Shown: positions 50,593-64,000 of the stretch, piece after piece
Numbering within the stretch: the stretch's first letter is position 1
Layout of the letters: each line of letters begins with the position of its first letter
Origin: Rhizophagus irregularis
Lineage: Eukaryota
Length of the DNA stretch: 64,000 nt
Reading direction: 5' to 3'
Assembly: GCF_026210795.1 (NCBI RefSeq)
Contig: NC_089429.1
Span: 6,386,001 to 6,450,000 of the forward strand
Notes under the pieces: generated by a model
The model's database searches: none
What the model was told of the DNA's origin: nothing
What the model saw: the letters and a program-made list of their open reading frames with translations, nothing else
Translations under genes and position numbers: made by a program

Positions 50593-52638
50593 TGAAACTC
50601 CGCTCGCACTCGGTGATTGATCACCACACTGTGATTTTTGACATTTTCTACAGGATAAATTTATTAAATTGCTTTTATCTTTCGTAATTTTGATGCAAAG
50701 CATTTTAGCTTCGGATAAATTTTCCTCGTTCAATAAGTTATAGTAGTAATATTTTATAAACTTAATATAAGTTCTTCTATAAATTAATTCTAATTTCCTT
50801 GGCTTAGAGAAAGCAAAGATGGGCTTATTGGTGTAGGCTGTGTTTACCACAAAATTCAAAAAAAAAAATTTGGACAAATTCAATTTGAGATGATGAGAAG
50901 GAATGTGAGAAAGTTTTACCATCACTGATGCTGATGCTGATGTGGCTTTCAATGTGGCTGCACAGCCTTCTGCAACAAAGCATGATTTTACATATTATTT
51001 GACTTTGACTTTAATCATGCAACGATTGCAACATATGTACTAATCTAAGGTAAAGCCACATCATGTATCAAAAAAATGCCGATATAAATTATACGTTTAA
51101 ACCTATAGTGAGAGATTTGAGAGTACTAAGCCTCAATGATGATGAAATGATACAAAAAAAAGTTAACGAAATCACAAATTTTTTTTTATTTGTAGTAGCT
51201 TCATTTGATTGGATATTCGTATCAATTTTTATGAGAAAAAAATAAACATTTCTCTTTTAAAATTACATCAATTACGACAATAACGGCAAAAATTCGTTTT
51301 ATTTAATTTGGCAAAAAAATCGCTAAATATGGCAAAATATTACACACAGCACAATTAAAGAGAACAAGAATTTATATAAAAGAGAAAACGAGATATTATT
51401 TAGTCGTGGTAATTTTTCGATAAGTAAATACGAGTGGTAAAAAAGTACGATAACGTAACGTAAAAAAATAATAAACGAATTAATAACGAAAGGTTCTAAA
51501 ATAGCGATTTTAAAAATTTACTCTTAGAAATTTTTTTTTTTCTCATATACAAATATAAAAAATGCTTTTTTTAAAAAAAAATTCTTATAATTAAAAAAAA
51601 TAACTGCCAAGCAGCGTGTAAAAAATCTCGGTCACTGGAAGATAAGGAATGTTGCATATTCCTATCGTCATCCTTCTGAATTTGCCCCGTTAGAAGAGCC
51701 AGTCTTCCATGTTTATCATTCGTTAGGCGCGGTAAGAAAATAACACGAAAAAATCCGGTTCACTGAACATATTCCAGTAGATTTTATACGCTGCTGCCAA
51801 GCAATAAAATCTTATCTTATTTGGTGGTAAAGTTAATGATTTGATTTTCGGTGCAGGCGGCACGGGCGGTTTTGTAAATGCAAATGAAAAGAGAGTGTGT
51901 CATTAATTTTTTTTTTTTTTTTTTATTTAAGAAATCGGGAGAATTGAGTGTCATTAAATTGTTATGAAAAGAGTGTCATTAATTTGTGTCATGAAAAGAG
52001 TGTTTTGTCATTTTTTTATTAGAAATCGGGAGAATTAAAAAGTCATTAAATTCATTAAATTTTTTTTTTTTTTTTATAGTTAGAAATCGGGAAAATTTTA
52101 AAAAAAAATTTTTATGAAAAGATTATATTAAATTTTTTTTTATTTTTTAATATTTTTTATTTTTTTTATTTTATTTTTTTTTTTAGAAAAATTAAAAAAT
52201 TTTGAACACTTTTTATAACAATTCTTACAATTGCGTAATATATTACATCATACAAATTGTGTATACGCTTTTCCTAAAGATATTTAACAGCTTAATATCT
52301 GTGTCTCAAATTTTTGAATTATTAGACCAGTACTTTTGTGTTTATTTTATCATGCAATTGGTTCGAGGTTGTAGATTAGCGGAGTTTACTTTTTTTAAAA
52401 GGAGAGCGTGTTACCGTTATATAATTATTTTACAAACAAAAAGTAATATGATCATAACTTTTCGCAATTTTTATTTGATGTCGGAAAAACTCCAAATTAC
52501 AAATTACACAAACAATGACAAACCAATAAACAATCTTTTTTTAGACCAAATCCAATTTAGCAATTAATTATAAAATATTTATGGATTTTAGGAAGTCACC
52601 CGAATAACACAAAAATAATATTATTTATACTGTATACA

Positions 52639-52816
52639 CAGTGAAATTCGATATAATTAAACCATCCGTTCCATTAGTAAAATTTGTCAAAAATCCGTTA
52701 TATCAAGAATTTCGTTATATCGAGGGTAAATTAATTATGTTATCCGTTCCAGACCCCAATTCCGATATTTACTTACGATCCGTTATGTCGAGGTTTCGGT
52801 ATATAGAATTTCATTG
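52639..52816. mobile_element. Tc1/pogo-like MITE
   Basis: Imperfect TIR CAGTGAAATTCGATATA / TATATAGAATTTCATTG with internal CGTTATATC motifs. Confidence 0.6.
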
Positions 52817-53857
52817 TTTATTAAAATATTCCAGTTTAAATTAGGTGTGGGAAAATAATAAATTTAATTTAACCATATTTCTGAAACGATATGGACAAAG
52901 ATTATGTTCAACATTTCTATAATTATCTATTGTAAAATTATCTTTGTTAAATGAAATATAAATTTTGTACTCCTCGGCCGTTATATCGTATTATGACGAA
53001 ATTCTATATTTCGACCTATTATTATTACTTTATATTGTATTGTTTATATTTTTGATTTATAATCATTTTTTTTTGATTAATAATATCATAGAGATTAAAA
53101 AATTACGTATAATGTTTACGATTCGGATATTCGTTATCCGGTTATGGATGAATTTGGATGACAATAAATTCTATTGTCACTAAAAATAAATATATTTAAT
53201 TTAATTTGAACATTTTTTTTTTGTGTACGTGTTTTATAAATTAAAAAAATCCAAAGTTCTGAAATGATACAAATGAAACAGAGATATCCGGTACAACGTT
53301 ATGTTTACCTCCTTAAAATTTGTATTATTTGGAGATGAAGGAGGAAATTTAAATAATGAACTCGAACATATAACAAGTAATAAATTATGGCCAGGAAAAT
53401 ACTTTTTTAAGAGATAATGACTTTAATTTTGACAAAAGAAAAAATGATGGCGCTAAAAGTACAAGATAAAATATAAATTCAAGCCACAAGATAACATGGA
53501 ATTAGTAATTTACCATTATAATGGTAAACGTCTAATCTTATGATATTGCGTCATTTACTACGATATTATTTTATTACGGGTAAAGATAACATGCGGGCCG
53601 ATTCCTTTGTTATTTAAACATAATTATGGTTCGTTTTTTAATTCTAATTTTATTTTCATCCAGAAAAAAATATTTAACATAGACGGTTAAAAAATGTTTT
53701 GTAAGTTCAAGATTCTCTTGAAATTCCGGTAGATTTCTTAACAACGAATTTAGAAGCATTTAAAGTTGAACTTATATCAAAGTTATTACAAATAGTTTTC
53801 TTCCTAGTTCAATTATAAGCGTAATTAAAAATTTAAGCTTGTAGAACCACCATTATT

Positions 53858-53930
53858 AGGGTCGCGTTTAACTCTCCGACAATTACTTCACCGACATCAT
53901 TTCACCGACAAACGTTTCACCTCACCGACA
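53858..53930 (+). repeat. Solo end of a TIR element with TTCACCGACA repeats
   Basis: GGGTCGCG followed by four (T/A)CCGACA units; architecture resembles the left end at 48132. Confidence 0.45.
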
Positions 53931-55299
53931 TATATAAAAAATATTTTTACATATATCTTTATATGAAATGGGGATTTTTTTTGTTAGTAACACGTATTTC
54001 TTAGTTAGATTTAATAAAATACAAAAAAACTACTACTATAGAGAAATTGATTTAGCTTAATTATAAAAGTACTTTTCACAATATATTTTTTTGTCGTGAT
54101 GACGCGAAATTTATATTAAATTACATATATAAAAAAAATAAAAAATACAATAGATATAACTATATGTTATTCTATCTATCTACTAACGGAAGTAAGTATC
54201 AATATTTACTTATTAGATCTAAACTAAATATCTAAATAAAAAGTTTTTATAATAAAATATCTCGCATTATTACGAGTAGTTCCTCTTTCAAGTTTATTAT
54301 AAGCAAAATTTTGTTCCAATTGATGGTAATAGCAACTGAAAATTAAAAGAGATGAGAAGATTACGTTAAGCAGGAATGATAATATTTATAATAAATCAGC
54401 AAATTTGAAACGTTATTTAATTTCGTTGGAAAAAAGCAAGAAATTACTTATTTTTGCCATTTGTTTTGGTTTAATTTTTAATAAAAATTTTTTATTTACA
54501 TTAATTGATTTATTCTATTATTTGGCAATTTATTTACTTATTACTAAAGTATTACATCTTCGTTATTATAAATCTAAAAAGTATTTGCTGTATAACTAGG
54601 ATAAACGGAAACTCGTAATTATAAATCACGTGTTACAAGTAAATACAAAATATAAAAGGAAATAAGCAGGGTAGTTTGGTGGAAAATTACATGGGTTACA
54701 GTCGCTCAATAATGGTTAAAAAATTTCAATTTTCTAATGGATTTTGGAATTTAACACTGGATTAATTGTGAGAATATCGATACTGTTCTCAATTTTCTTG
54801 ATTTGGATTTTGCAATTTCAGTTATTAATTAAACTCATAAATTAATTAACCAAATTTTTAATAATTTTAAATTTTTTAAAATAAGATGAATTTAAAATAC
54901 TAATATTATTTTTTACATTAATATAACCTAATTTTTTTTTTATTTTATAGATATTCATGTCTTAATTATTTTCGAAACCATACTTCTATATATTAGCATT
55001 TGCACGCACCGTGTAAGGAGACTAATTTAAATATTTTATTTTATGTAGGTTTGTGTTGCTCAGAAATTCTATGATATTGAGATTAAAGATTCTAGAGTTG
55101 CTAACAAATGTGACACTTAATATTGAATTTAAGTGCGATTTTGATCCCACTTCTAATGATAATCCATTTCTTCAGATAAGTTGTTATAATACGGATTGAA
55201 AATTATTAACAATGATCCATAAATTTAAAAAGAAAAAAACATAATTAATTCATATTAAATTGAATAATTTCATTTGAACCAGTTTTTATCCAACCGGTT

Positions 55300-56202
55300 T
55301 GCGTAAACCAATCCCATAATTTACTAGATTTATTGATATCTATTGGAAGATGTCTTTGTGCATCAGTCTTACGAAACGGGAGTGATTGTTGCAAAAAACT
55401 TCTTGCTGTTGAAATTAAAATGAATTTGGCTCTTAAATATTGAAGAGGTGTAAGACGTAAAGAGAGCTTTTTTCGAATATAATAGTTTGTAGTGAGATAA
55501 CATTTCTATAGATAAAGGCTTTCTTTTTTTCCAAATGATGTTTGGTGTTATATGTTCAAGTATATCCGAATCAAGATTTAATTGTGCAATATTATTTATC
55601 AAATCAAAGAATTTCATAGAAGAGTGTTGGTATCAATGATTTCTCCTTTACAACCACAGGAATTATAACAAGAACTATCGTGGCTCTGTTTCTTTTACCT
55701 CTTTTTTATAAATGTTTTGTTTGATTTGTTTTTGTTTTAGCTTTCGATTTCTTTGCTTTTTTTAGATGTCATGTTTGTTTTAGTTTCATTGGCATGATTC
55801 TGTGGGAATGGATCTGTGCTGGACGAACCATCATTAAACGGTGATGATGTTGAGAATGATATTGATGAATCATTTCTTCGTAATAAATCTTTTGGATTCT
55901 TTTCAGGTGGTGTGTAGATCTCAGGAGATGATTTGGAAGAAACTTTCTCTTGATAAGAATTTTTACTATTATAGTAGATTTTTAGATGGTGACGTCATTA
56001 TATATAGGGTATATCCGCCATAATCAGAAAAGTTTTATGAATAAAACTCAAATTATTTTCTATTGAAGATTCAGTGGAAGGAATTTTGACATATTCAAGT
56101 CCATTTTCGTTATTAGTCAATGACTGTGGTGAAGGAGATTGTGTAAAAGATTCGACGGCCTTAGGTAGCAATAGGAACTTGCATTAATAAATTTGAAGAC
56201 AT
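55300..56202 (-). pseudogene. Disrupted hypothetical gene (Ser/Pro/Lys-rich N-terminus)
   Basis: ATG at ~56202 followed by long protein-like frames (ESFTQSPSPQSL..; EIYTPPEKNPKDLLRRNDSS..; KFFDLINNIAQLNL..) broken by stops and frameshifts. No family recognised. Confidence 0.4.
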
Positions 56203-56666
56203 TCTTTCGAAAAAAAGAAAACCGAGAATAATTTATTTATTATTTAGGAATTATTTTTTCTTTAGAAGTTTACTATATTTTTTATAAAAAAATTTTTTTT
56301 TTTTTTGGGAAGTGGTTTTTTTTTCAAGAATGGGTACTTTTGCACATCGTTTATATATTTGAATTTTCGTAGTTAAGATATAATTGTATCCAATTGAGCT
56401 ACAGTATTTTAATTTACATGTATAAAGTCACCTTAATTAATTTTTGTGAATATATAGAGGTTTTACTCTATGTAATCACGCTTCTATATAATCACCAATT
56501 TGGATGTGATTATATAGATAAATTTGTTACTGATATACCATATATACATACCTATATATATTGTAAAGTAAAATAAGTCCAAAGTTTTCTCTGTTTATTG
56601 ATATTTTAGTGAAAGTATAAGATTGAGTATCGGTAATGTATTAATTCAATACTTCGAATTTTGTAA

Positions 56667-56808
56667 TTATCCGGAGCGAAGCGAAGGACAATATGTCTAC
56701 GCACTATAAAAAAAAAATCAATCACGTGAATTTCTCTGTCCGTCACGTGATCGTAACCCAATGAAATCGCAAAATTTAGTTTTTTCTACAACGGTTCCCG
56801 TTTCCTAG
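56667..56808 (+). mobile_element. Possible Helitron/Helentron-like mini element
   Basis: Ends in hairpin AACGG-TTC-CCGTT followed by CTAG|T. GC-rich 5' TTATCCGGAGCGAAGCGAAGG; no TIR or TSD. Confidence 0.4.
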
Positions 56809-58084
56809 TATTAGCAGATATCAGATTAATCAGTTTGTATAAAAAAGGGAAGTGAAAAAAGAAGGAAGTTCCGATCCGAAATTGACAAATAGAGGCATTT
56901 GTAACATATATCCGTTTCAAACATTTCTACACTTCCTTATAGAAACGCTCTACACTGCGCAACATATGTAAAACAATATCCGTTATTTTCTCATGTAATT
57001 TGATTAGTGAAACAAGAAGATTTATTCCTTACGGAATTTGAAATTTTTTATTCTAAATATACAAGCGTATTGTTTGTCATTCCAAAGATTAAAAATGAAT
57101 TATTACATCTGGGAAACGCTAAATGCTAACAGACAATCGGGGATCGGAACGACTTTCAAGATTTACCATTTATGAAACGACCATTACATATAAACAATAA
57201 ACGATTAATAATGATCGCTAGCGAATTCGACTAATGTTACTCAATAAATCTTTTTTTTCTCATGAACCTAAATACCCCAAAAATCAAAACTTGATACTAA
57301 TAGAAATGCAATAAAAAAAGCTCGACAATTTTTTACTATAAATTGTTAGTACAACTTAATAGCTTGTCGTATGTGTAAATAATTATCATTATTGCATTCG
57401 TCAAGTATTATTAATTGAATGCGAAATAAATTTAAAATTGTTCATGAAATAATCATTTTTAACTCTTTCATCAACCTTTTTGTTTCTTATGTATCACTAT
57501 AATATAAATACAATCGTTATGTTTCAGAAATATTCCAAATAAGGAAACTTATTGTTATTTTTTATCGTACAGAATTTAGAAAAAAATTGATTTTCTCCCC
57601 TCGCTTATTAATATGATAATATCATGTACGAAAGAATATTAAATTTATGAATTATCAACATGAAACAGGTACATACATTTTTTTTATAAATTGTATCTTA
57701 TTTAATTGTTACACACGATGAGATCCAAAGGTAATCAACGGCTCAACAAGTAATCGTGTGTGTAATTAAATTACAAAAGTTTTATTTTAATTGTTGCCAT
57801 ATATAGGAGATAAATGTACCATAAATTTCATTTGAGATGATATTTTTAAACTGTGTCATTTGTGTATGAGATAACAAAGGTATTTTATTATATGCGTTCG
57901 GAATATTTGTTTTTCCTCTTAATCTTGTTTCCTTAAATTTTAAATATTCAACTCCTAAATATGGTATATAAGCAATTAAAGTTACACTTTTGCCTACATT
58001 ATAAATAGGACCGCAAAAAAAAATGCAAAACCCCAATTATAAACAATTAGTAAAATGTATACCAAAGAAATAATATTTGGTGAT

Positions 58085-58410
58085 TTCGACACGATATACA
58101 CGATATCTATATCGTCGATATTCAATAAAACCTACCTGGCCCTTTGGCAGTATCGACATGATATACATGATATCTATATCGTTGATATTCAATAACACCT
58201 ACCTGGCCCTTTGGCAGTTTCGACATGATTACACGATATCTATCGTTAATATCCAATCACCTAAAATCTAACACCAACTTGACCTTTTGGTAGTTTCGAC
58301 ATGATTACACGATATTTATATCGTTGATATCCAATAACACCAACCTGGCCCTTTGGCAGTATCGACATGATTACACGATATCTATCGATCACCCAAAATC
58401 TAACACCAAA
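58085..58410 (+). repeat. Minisatellite, ~5 units of ~65-77 bp
   Basis: TCGACA.GAT(A)TACA.GATAT.TAT..CG..GATAT.CAAT...ACC.ACCTGGCCCTTTGGCAG repeated, with two unit variants. Confidence 0.9.
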
Positions 58411-61400
58411 TTGTTACTGATAGTATTTGTATTTTTTCGAATAATTTCCACGATTTGAGGCTATAAATTTTATATTTGCGGAATACATTTACAGTTTAAA
58501 ATAAAATTTTTTCTTTCTTGAGGTCTTTTTTTCAAGAATTTTTTACAAATGTTCTTCCAATTTAGTATAAATTTATTCGCTATCTTTGTAAATATTGTAA
58601 AATTTAGTATAGAGAAATACTGTAGTATGTAGAATTAAGTCCATCATATCCTATAAAGAAGAATTCTGTAATAACTCCGATAATGATCTTAAAGACTTAG
58701 TTACGTTCGTAGTTTGATTTTACAATATTTCTAAAGTTATATGAGACGTAAATAAAATATATGCAATTTTTTTTCAAAAAAACATATTGATTTGTGCTCG
58801 CATATTCTCTCATATCGTTAGCCAATAAATCGAACCAAAGCGATTAAAATTTATTGAACACATTCATAACCATTTCCTAATTTTACGAAATTGATTCTTC
58901 AAAATTGACACCGAAATATCTACCTGAATAGCGAAAAGTTCGAAGACGTCCACGTTAGTAAATAATAGTTATCGGCTCGAGGTATCACGATGCAATACAC
59001 GAATTATAAAAAATCACGTGATGCCGGATAAATCACTTAACTATATTACTCGGCTATATTTAAATTGCCGATAATACAGCAGTTATACAGCATATTTCAG
59101 GAAATTTATTTAGCCGACCTCATTGCGAAAATTCTGTGACAAGTCAACCTGCATATTAATATTGTTCATTTGTTTTGTACTATCAATTATTGTACAAAAA
59201 ACTGAATTTAGAAACAATGAACAAAACATATAAATGACAGAGGAACAGAAATTTTATAATTTAACTTATTTTATACAACAGGGTATGCTGACCCACTAAA
59301 TTTTTGTTTATTCAAATTACATTTTTGTTTGTGCGTGCAAAACTTTGATTTCACGCGAGTATAAAATTTGAATAAAACAATCGTTTTTTTTTTATTTATT
59401 TGATGGTAAAATTTATTTATCTATTTTGGTAAATAATTTCTGACATGTTTCGAGTTTTGTGACACGTTAATTTGAATACCCGATAGTAAATATGAACACA
59501 TCGCTTATTACACAGCATCATCGTTTTCCTTATCATTCTAGTTTTGTTTCAAGGAAAAATGACTTAAACTTCTAGATTTCTCAGTTGAACATTTGTTTAC
59601 TTTATTCTGAATTTTAATTTGAATCTAATACAAAGAAGTTGTGATGGAAAGAAATATTGGAGAAAAAACTTGTACCACAACCAAAAAAAAATTCAATTTA
59701 ACTTGTTATGATAATGAATTCTTTCTGCTCTCGGTAAAAAGGACAAAAGAAAAAAATCATATGATTTATTTTACCTTTGCCAGTGCATGAACATCAACAG
59801 GAAATAAAAAAAGAGCTGAAATTCCTTTAAATTATTCAAGAAGAGGAATAAAAAAAACTTATAATAAAATTGAATTTCAACAATATATAGTTATATATGA
59901 ATCTGCGTTAAGGATTTCAATTTATTTGAAAAATGGGATTTTTTAGGTAGTAAAATGTAATAATACGTCTATACATGAGGGTGTCCAGGGTGATTTTCAA
60001 CGATTTTTTCGCAAATTCGCGATTGGCTGAAATTAACGTAATTTCGGCCTTTCTAGTAAGGCACCATAATTTTAGCCGGAATTATTTTGGCCAGAATTTC
60101 AGCAAAATCATAATCACATGGTTATCCAGCCATCCAATCAAATTTAAATATCGTGAAAATCGTGAAATTTTATCAAAATCGCGACCGCTGTGGAAAATAA
60201 AATACAGAAAATAGTATATAACCGATTATATGCTAACATAAATGATCTCATGCATTTTCCTGTTTTCATCTCCCAAACTTTACAATATTTCTAAAATTTA
60301 TCAGGATTGATAATAAATAAATTGTGAAAGTTACGTACATCACTCATTAATTTCTATTATGAATTCTGTAACGTAAAATATTCAAAACACAAAAAATTTG
60401 CAACTAAATCAATGTAATCGGTGCAACTTTATAGCTCATTACAGGAATTAACGTGATTTGTGGTATTTTGTCATAATTTCAAACGAGTATGCGTCTTTGG
60501 TACGGATTCGATAATAATTTTATTTCTCACGATAAATCTATCTTATCGTACTGATGATAAACGTGTTGTTCGTTTTGCTATATAAATCTATCTCACCCAA
60601 CTTGTTTTTTTTCTTTTTAAAAACAAAATTTTTAAATTTTATTTTTAAATCTTCCAACATTTCATTTAAATCATTATAAGTTTATCCGTCACTTAAACTC
60701 ATACGCATTTAAACTATTCATTCATATTAATTTTGAATATTAAATCAATAATCGTTCCAAGTAGTTTGTGGAAAATATTATTAATTTTTGAATTCTTCAA
60801 CCTACATGTATTATTTATTATTTGTACGTCATGCCTTCTTTACCAGTGTATTAAAAGATAATAAAAACATCGTTAAGAAATCTTTTATGGCTATCTAAAG
60901 TATAATAATTTATAGTAACTTTTACGGGTTATTTTGATTTGTCAAATTCTTAACCAATCATGCATTAACTCGTGTAAAGTTAAACGTTATGAACCCCTTT
61001 AGATAAATAATTAATAACGTTAACGAAAAATGTATATCGAATTAAGTGTATCGTTCCGTAAGTTTACATGATAAATCAGCTGCTATATTTGTAAAAGATG
61101 GAAGAGGAACAATATTTTCAAAATTAAAATTATTCTTTATATATATATATTTTAGAAAATTAAACAATCGGAAATCGCCGTCACATTAAATCATAATCTT
61201 ATGTCTTACTGTATTTGTATTGTTAGGAAATTTCAGTATCATCAGAGCGATAATGTTGTTTTTCTAAAGATGCGATTCACGAAAATTATATAATTTCAAA
61301 AATTCTAAATCAACTTTTCCAATATTTGGATATCCATAACAAATTAATTTTACAAATTACTACAGTAACGCTCGTTATAGTGAAGCTCGTTATAGTAAAT

Positions 61401-62437
61401 TTGGCTTATATTATTCCCCCAGTTCACTTGCTAATAAATCTAATAACGCTTTTACTATCGCAATCGATGTGACGTATCTGCAATCCTGTGACATTGGTTT
61501 CCTTCCGCAGCCAAATTAATCGTAATGAAACGCTACGTCATTTGATCATCGCGCATTTTTGATAGACACCTTTCCAATTAAGAGATAGGTCGCAACACGG
61601 AAGTCGACTAAAATAGGGCGTTTCGTTTCCGAATTTCTTATCAAAAAAAAATGTGAAAATTATTGGATAGAAATATTGGTTTTCTTTTACACCTGATGAC
61701 AAACGTGTAAAACACGAGTATTTTTCGCTACGCTTCGGACAATTATTATTATGATTATTAGTATATAATTATTTTAAAGATAATATTTTATTTTATTGAT
61801 TTGGTTTCATTTTATATTATAAAGTTTGGTATATTAAATGCACAAAAATTTATTTATTTATTTATTTATTTATTATTTATTAATCATTACGATACAAATA
61901 TTCCTCAAATGTAATTTTAAAATTTTCAATTACACCTTCATTTTTATATTTTTCTTTATATCACTTGTCGACCTTTTGACTCCTCCAAAAACGCTTCCAA
62001 ACTTCTTGGAGAAAATCAAAAATTATTAAAAATATAATCTCTTTTAGATCTAATTAATATATCAAATAACTTATCTCCTATGATTACAATAGTATTTAAT
62101 TTAAAAATTACTAATAATGAATGCAAATTTTGACAATCCAGTAAATATTCATCTGATGGTAATAATGCTAATGATAAATATTCAATTAAATGGCAGTACT
62201 TGCAAATATTACAAATAAAATAAGAGAATCTTCAGAAAAATTATCCTCATAATTAACAAAATATTGGTTATTAAATAAAATTTCTTTGATATTCCCTCCG
62301 CTATTTTAATAATACTAAAAACTACATTTAATTTAATATCTCAAGGTTAGGGATATATTCATTTCGATTTGCTATATATAAATAAATACCCATTAAATAA
62401 ACGACTTCCTCATGTAATATAATTAACGAACCATTGA

Positions 62438-63680
62438 AATATCTACAGCTTCATCTTCATTATAAATCATATGAGTATTCGTCTAATTTACTTGACAGCT
62501 TCATCCTCATTATAAATCATATGAGTATTCGTCTAATTTAATTGACGGCTTCATCCTCATTATAAATCATATGAGTATTCGTCTAATTTAATTGACGGCT
62601 TCATCCTCATTATAAATCATATGAGTATTCGTCTAATTAAATTGACGGCTTCATCCTCATTATAAATCATATGAGTATTCGTCTAATTAAATTGACGCTT
62701 TCATCCTCATTATAAATCATATGAGTATTCGCTTACTTTATAAAAAAAATTCTGGAAAAAACTCATTTTTCTAGTTTATATTCCAAAAAAAACTCAGATA
62801 CGTAATCATTTTTCTGAAAAATTTTTTATAGGGTTATTTATGTGTAACACTCCTTTAAATAATAATGATGTATAGTTGTATGGGTAAACATGTAAAAAGA
62901 ATACTTTTGAAATATCTACAGCTTCATCCTCATTATAAATCATATGAGTATTCGTCTAATTTATTTGACGGCCTTCATCCTTATTATAAATCATATGAGT
63001 ATTCGTCTAATTTAATTGACGGCTTCATCCTCATTATAAATCATATGAGTATTCGTCTAATTAAATTGACGGCTTCATCCTCATTATAAATCATATGAGT
63101 ATTCGTCTAATTAAATTGACGGTTTCATCCTCATTATAAATCATATGAGTATTCGCTTACTTTATAAAAAAAATTCTGGAAAAAACTCATTTTTCTAGTT
63201 TATATTCCAAAAAAAACTCAGATACGTAATCATTTTTCTGAAAAATTTTTTATAGGGTTATTTATGTGTAACACTCCTTTAAATAATAATGATGTATAGT
63301 TGTATGGGTAAACATGTAAAAAGAATACTTTTGAAATATCTACAGCTTCATCCTCATTATAAATCATATGAGTATTCGTCTAATTTATTTGACGGCCTTC
63401 ATCCTTATTATAAATCATATGAGTATTCGTCTAATTTATTTGACGGCCTTCATCCTCATTATAAATCATATGAGTATTCCGTCCAATTTATTCGACGACT
63501 TCATCCTCATTATAAATCATGAGTATTCCGTCTAATTGTATTTGACGGCTTCATCCTCATTATAAATCATATGAGTATTCGTCATATTTTCTGAAAAGTT
63601 TTTTATAGGGTTACTCCTTTAAATAATAATGTATAGTTGTGCAGGTAGCTGTAAATCATATGAGTATTCGTTTAATTTAT
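62438..63680 (+). repeat. 50-bp tandem satellite organised in a ~424-bp higher-order repeat
   Basis: Unit GCTTCATCCTCATTATAAATCATATGAGTATTCGTCTAATTTAATTGACG starts at 62448, 62498, 62548, 62598, 62648, 62698. The block of MITE + spacer + units repeats with a 424-bp offset. Confidence 0.95.
62736..62833. mobile_element. CACTA-type MITE amplified within the satellite (second copy 63160-63257; partials ~63585-63610 and ~63823-63893)
   Basis: CTTTATAAAAAAAATTCTGGAAAAAACTC...TTTTTATAGGG flanked by TTA on both sides. Matches the 4670 and 45425 family. Confidence 0.8.
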
Positions 63681-64000
63681 TTACTACGTTACTTTCAAAC
63701 GATTAAGAACATTCTTCTACTTTGCTAACATGATGAATACTTCCTCATACTTTCTCGTATGAATCTTCATCAAATCCTCTTCAAATTAAATTCATCATTC
63801 TATTCAAAATAATTTTTTGTATATCATTTTTCTAGTTTTTATTCCGAAGAAACTCAGACACGTGATCATTTTTCTGAAAGATTTTTTATAAGGTTTACAA
63901 ATTTTTCCTAATTCACAAAATACACGGTTTTTACTAGATGATAGCTGATCTGCTGTAGCGCTATACTTTCTTTGATTGTATTATAGTTTTACTTAGACTT

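Noticed and set aside
58085..58410. CRISPR-like array
   Set aside because: The whole unit is repeated; there are no unique spacers.
62438..63680. CRISPR-like array and ORFs 62865-63089 / 63289-63522
   Set aside because: Units are contiguous with no unique spacers, there are no cas genes and the context is eukaryotic. The 50-bp period is not a multiple of 3, so the ORFs are repeat artefacts.

Overview
Very AT-rich eukaryotic DNA with short GT-AG introns. Gene content (F-box/RNI-like LRR genes, MATH-BTB, HRDFHSGN-type kinase, Crinkler domain) suggests an arbuscular mycorrhizal fungus (Rhizophagus-like); this is inferred, not proven. Four genes look intact: a 3-exon 7TM GPCR-like gene (20466-21695), two single-exon F-box/LRR genes (23142-24569, 42314-43738) and a 2-exon MATH-BTB gene (49065-50181). 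The rest is mostly pseudogenes (F-box, alpha/beta-hydrolase, kinase) and transposon debris (hAT, Tc1/mariner, Gypsy integrase, LINE-like, CACTA-type and other MITEs, minisatellites). The most unusual region is a GC-elevated island at ~25.0-29.4 kb. It holds about seven tightly packed, apparently intronless gene remnants, including a frameshifted tyrosine-recombinase-like C-terminus (PSHLRK...LRH...Y) and a Crinkler N-terminal domain, and is a candidate decayed recombinase-mobilised cargo element or endogenous virus-like element. All calls were made by manual reading; no database searches were run.
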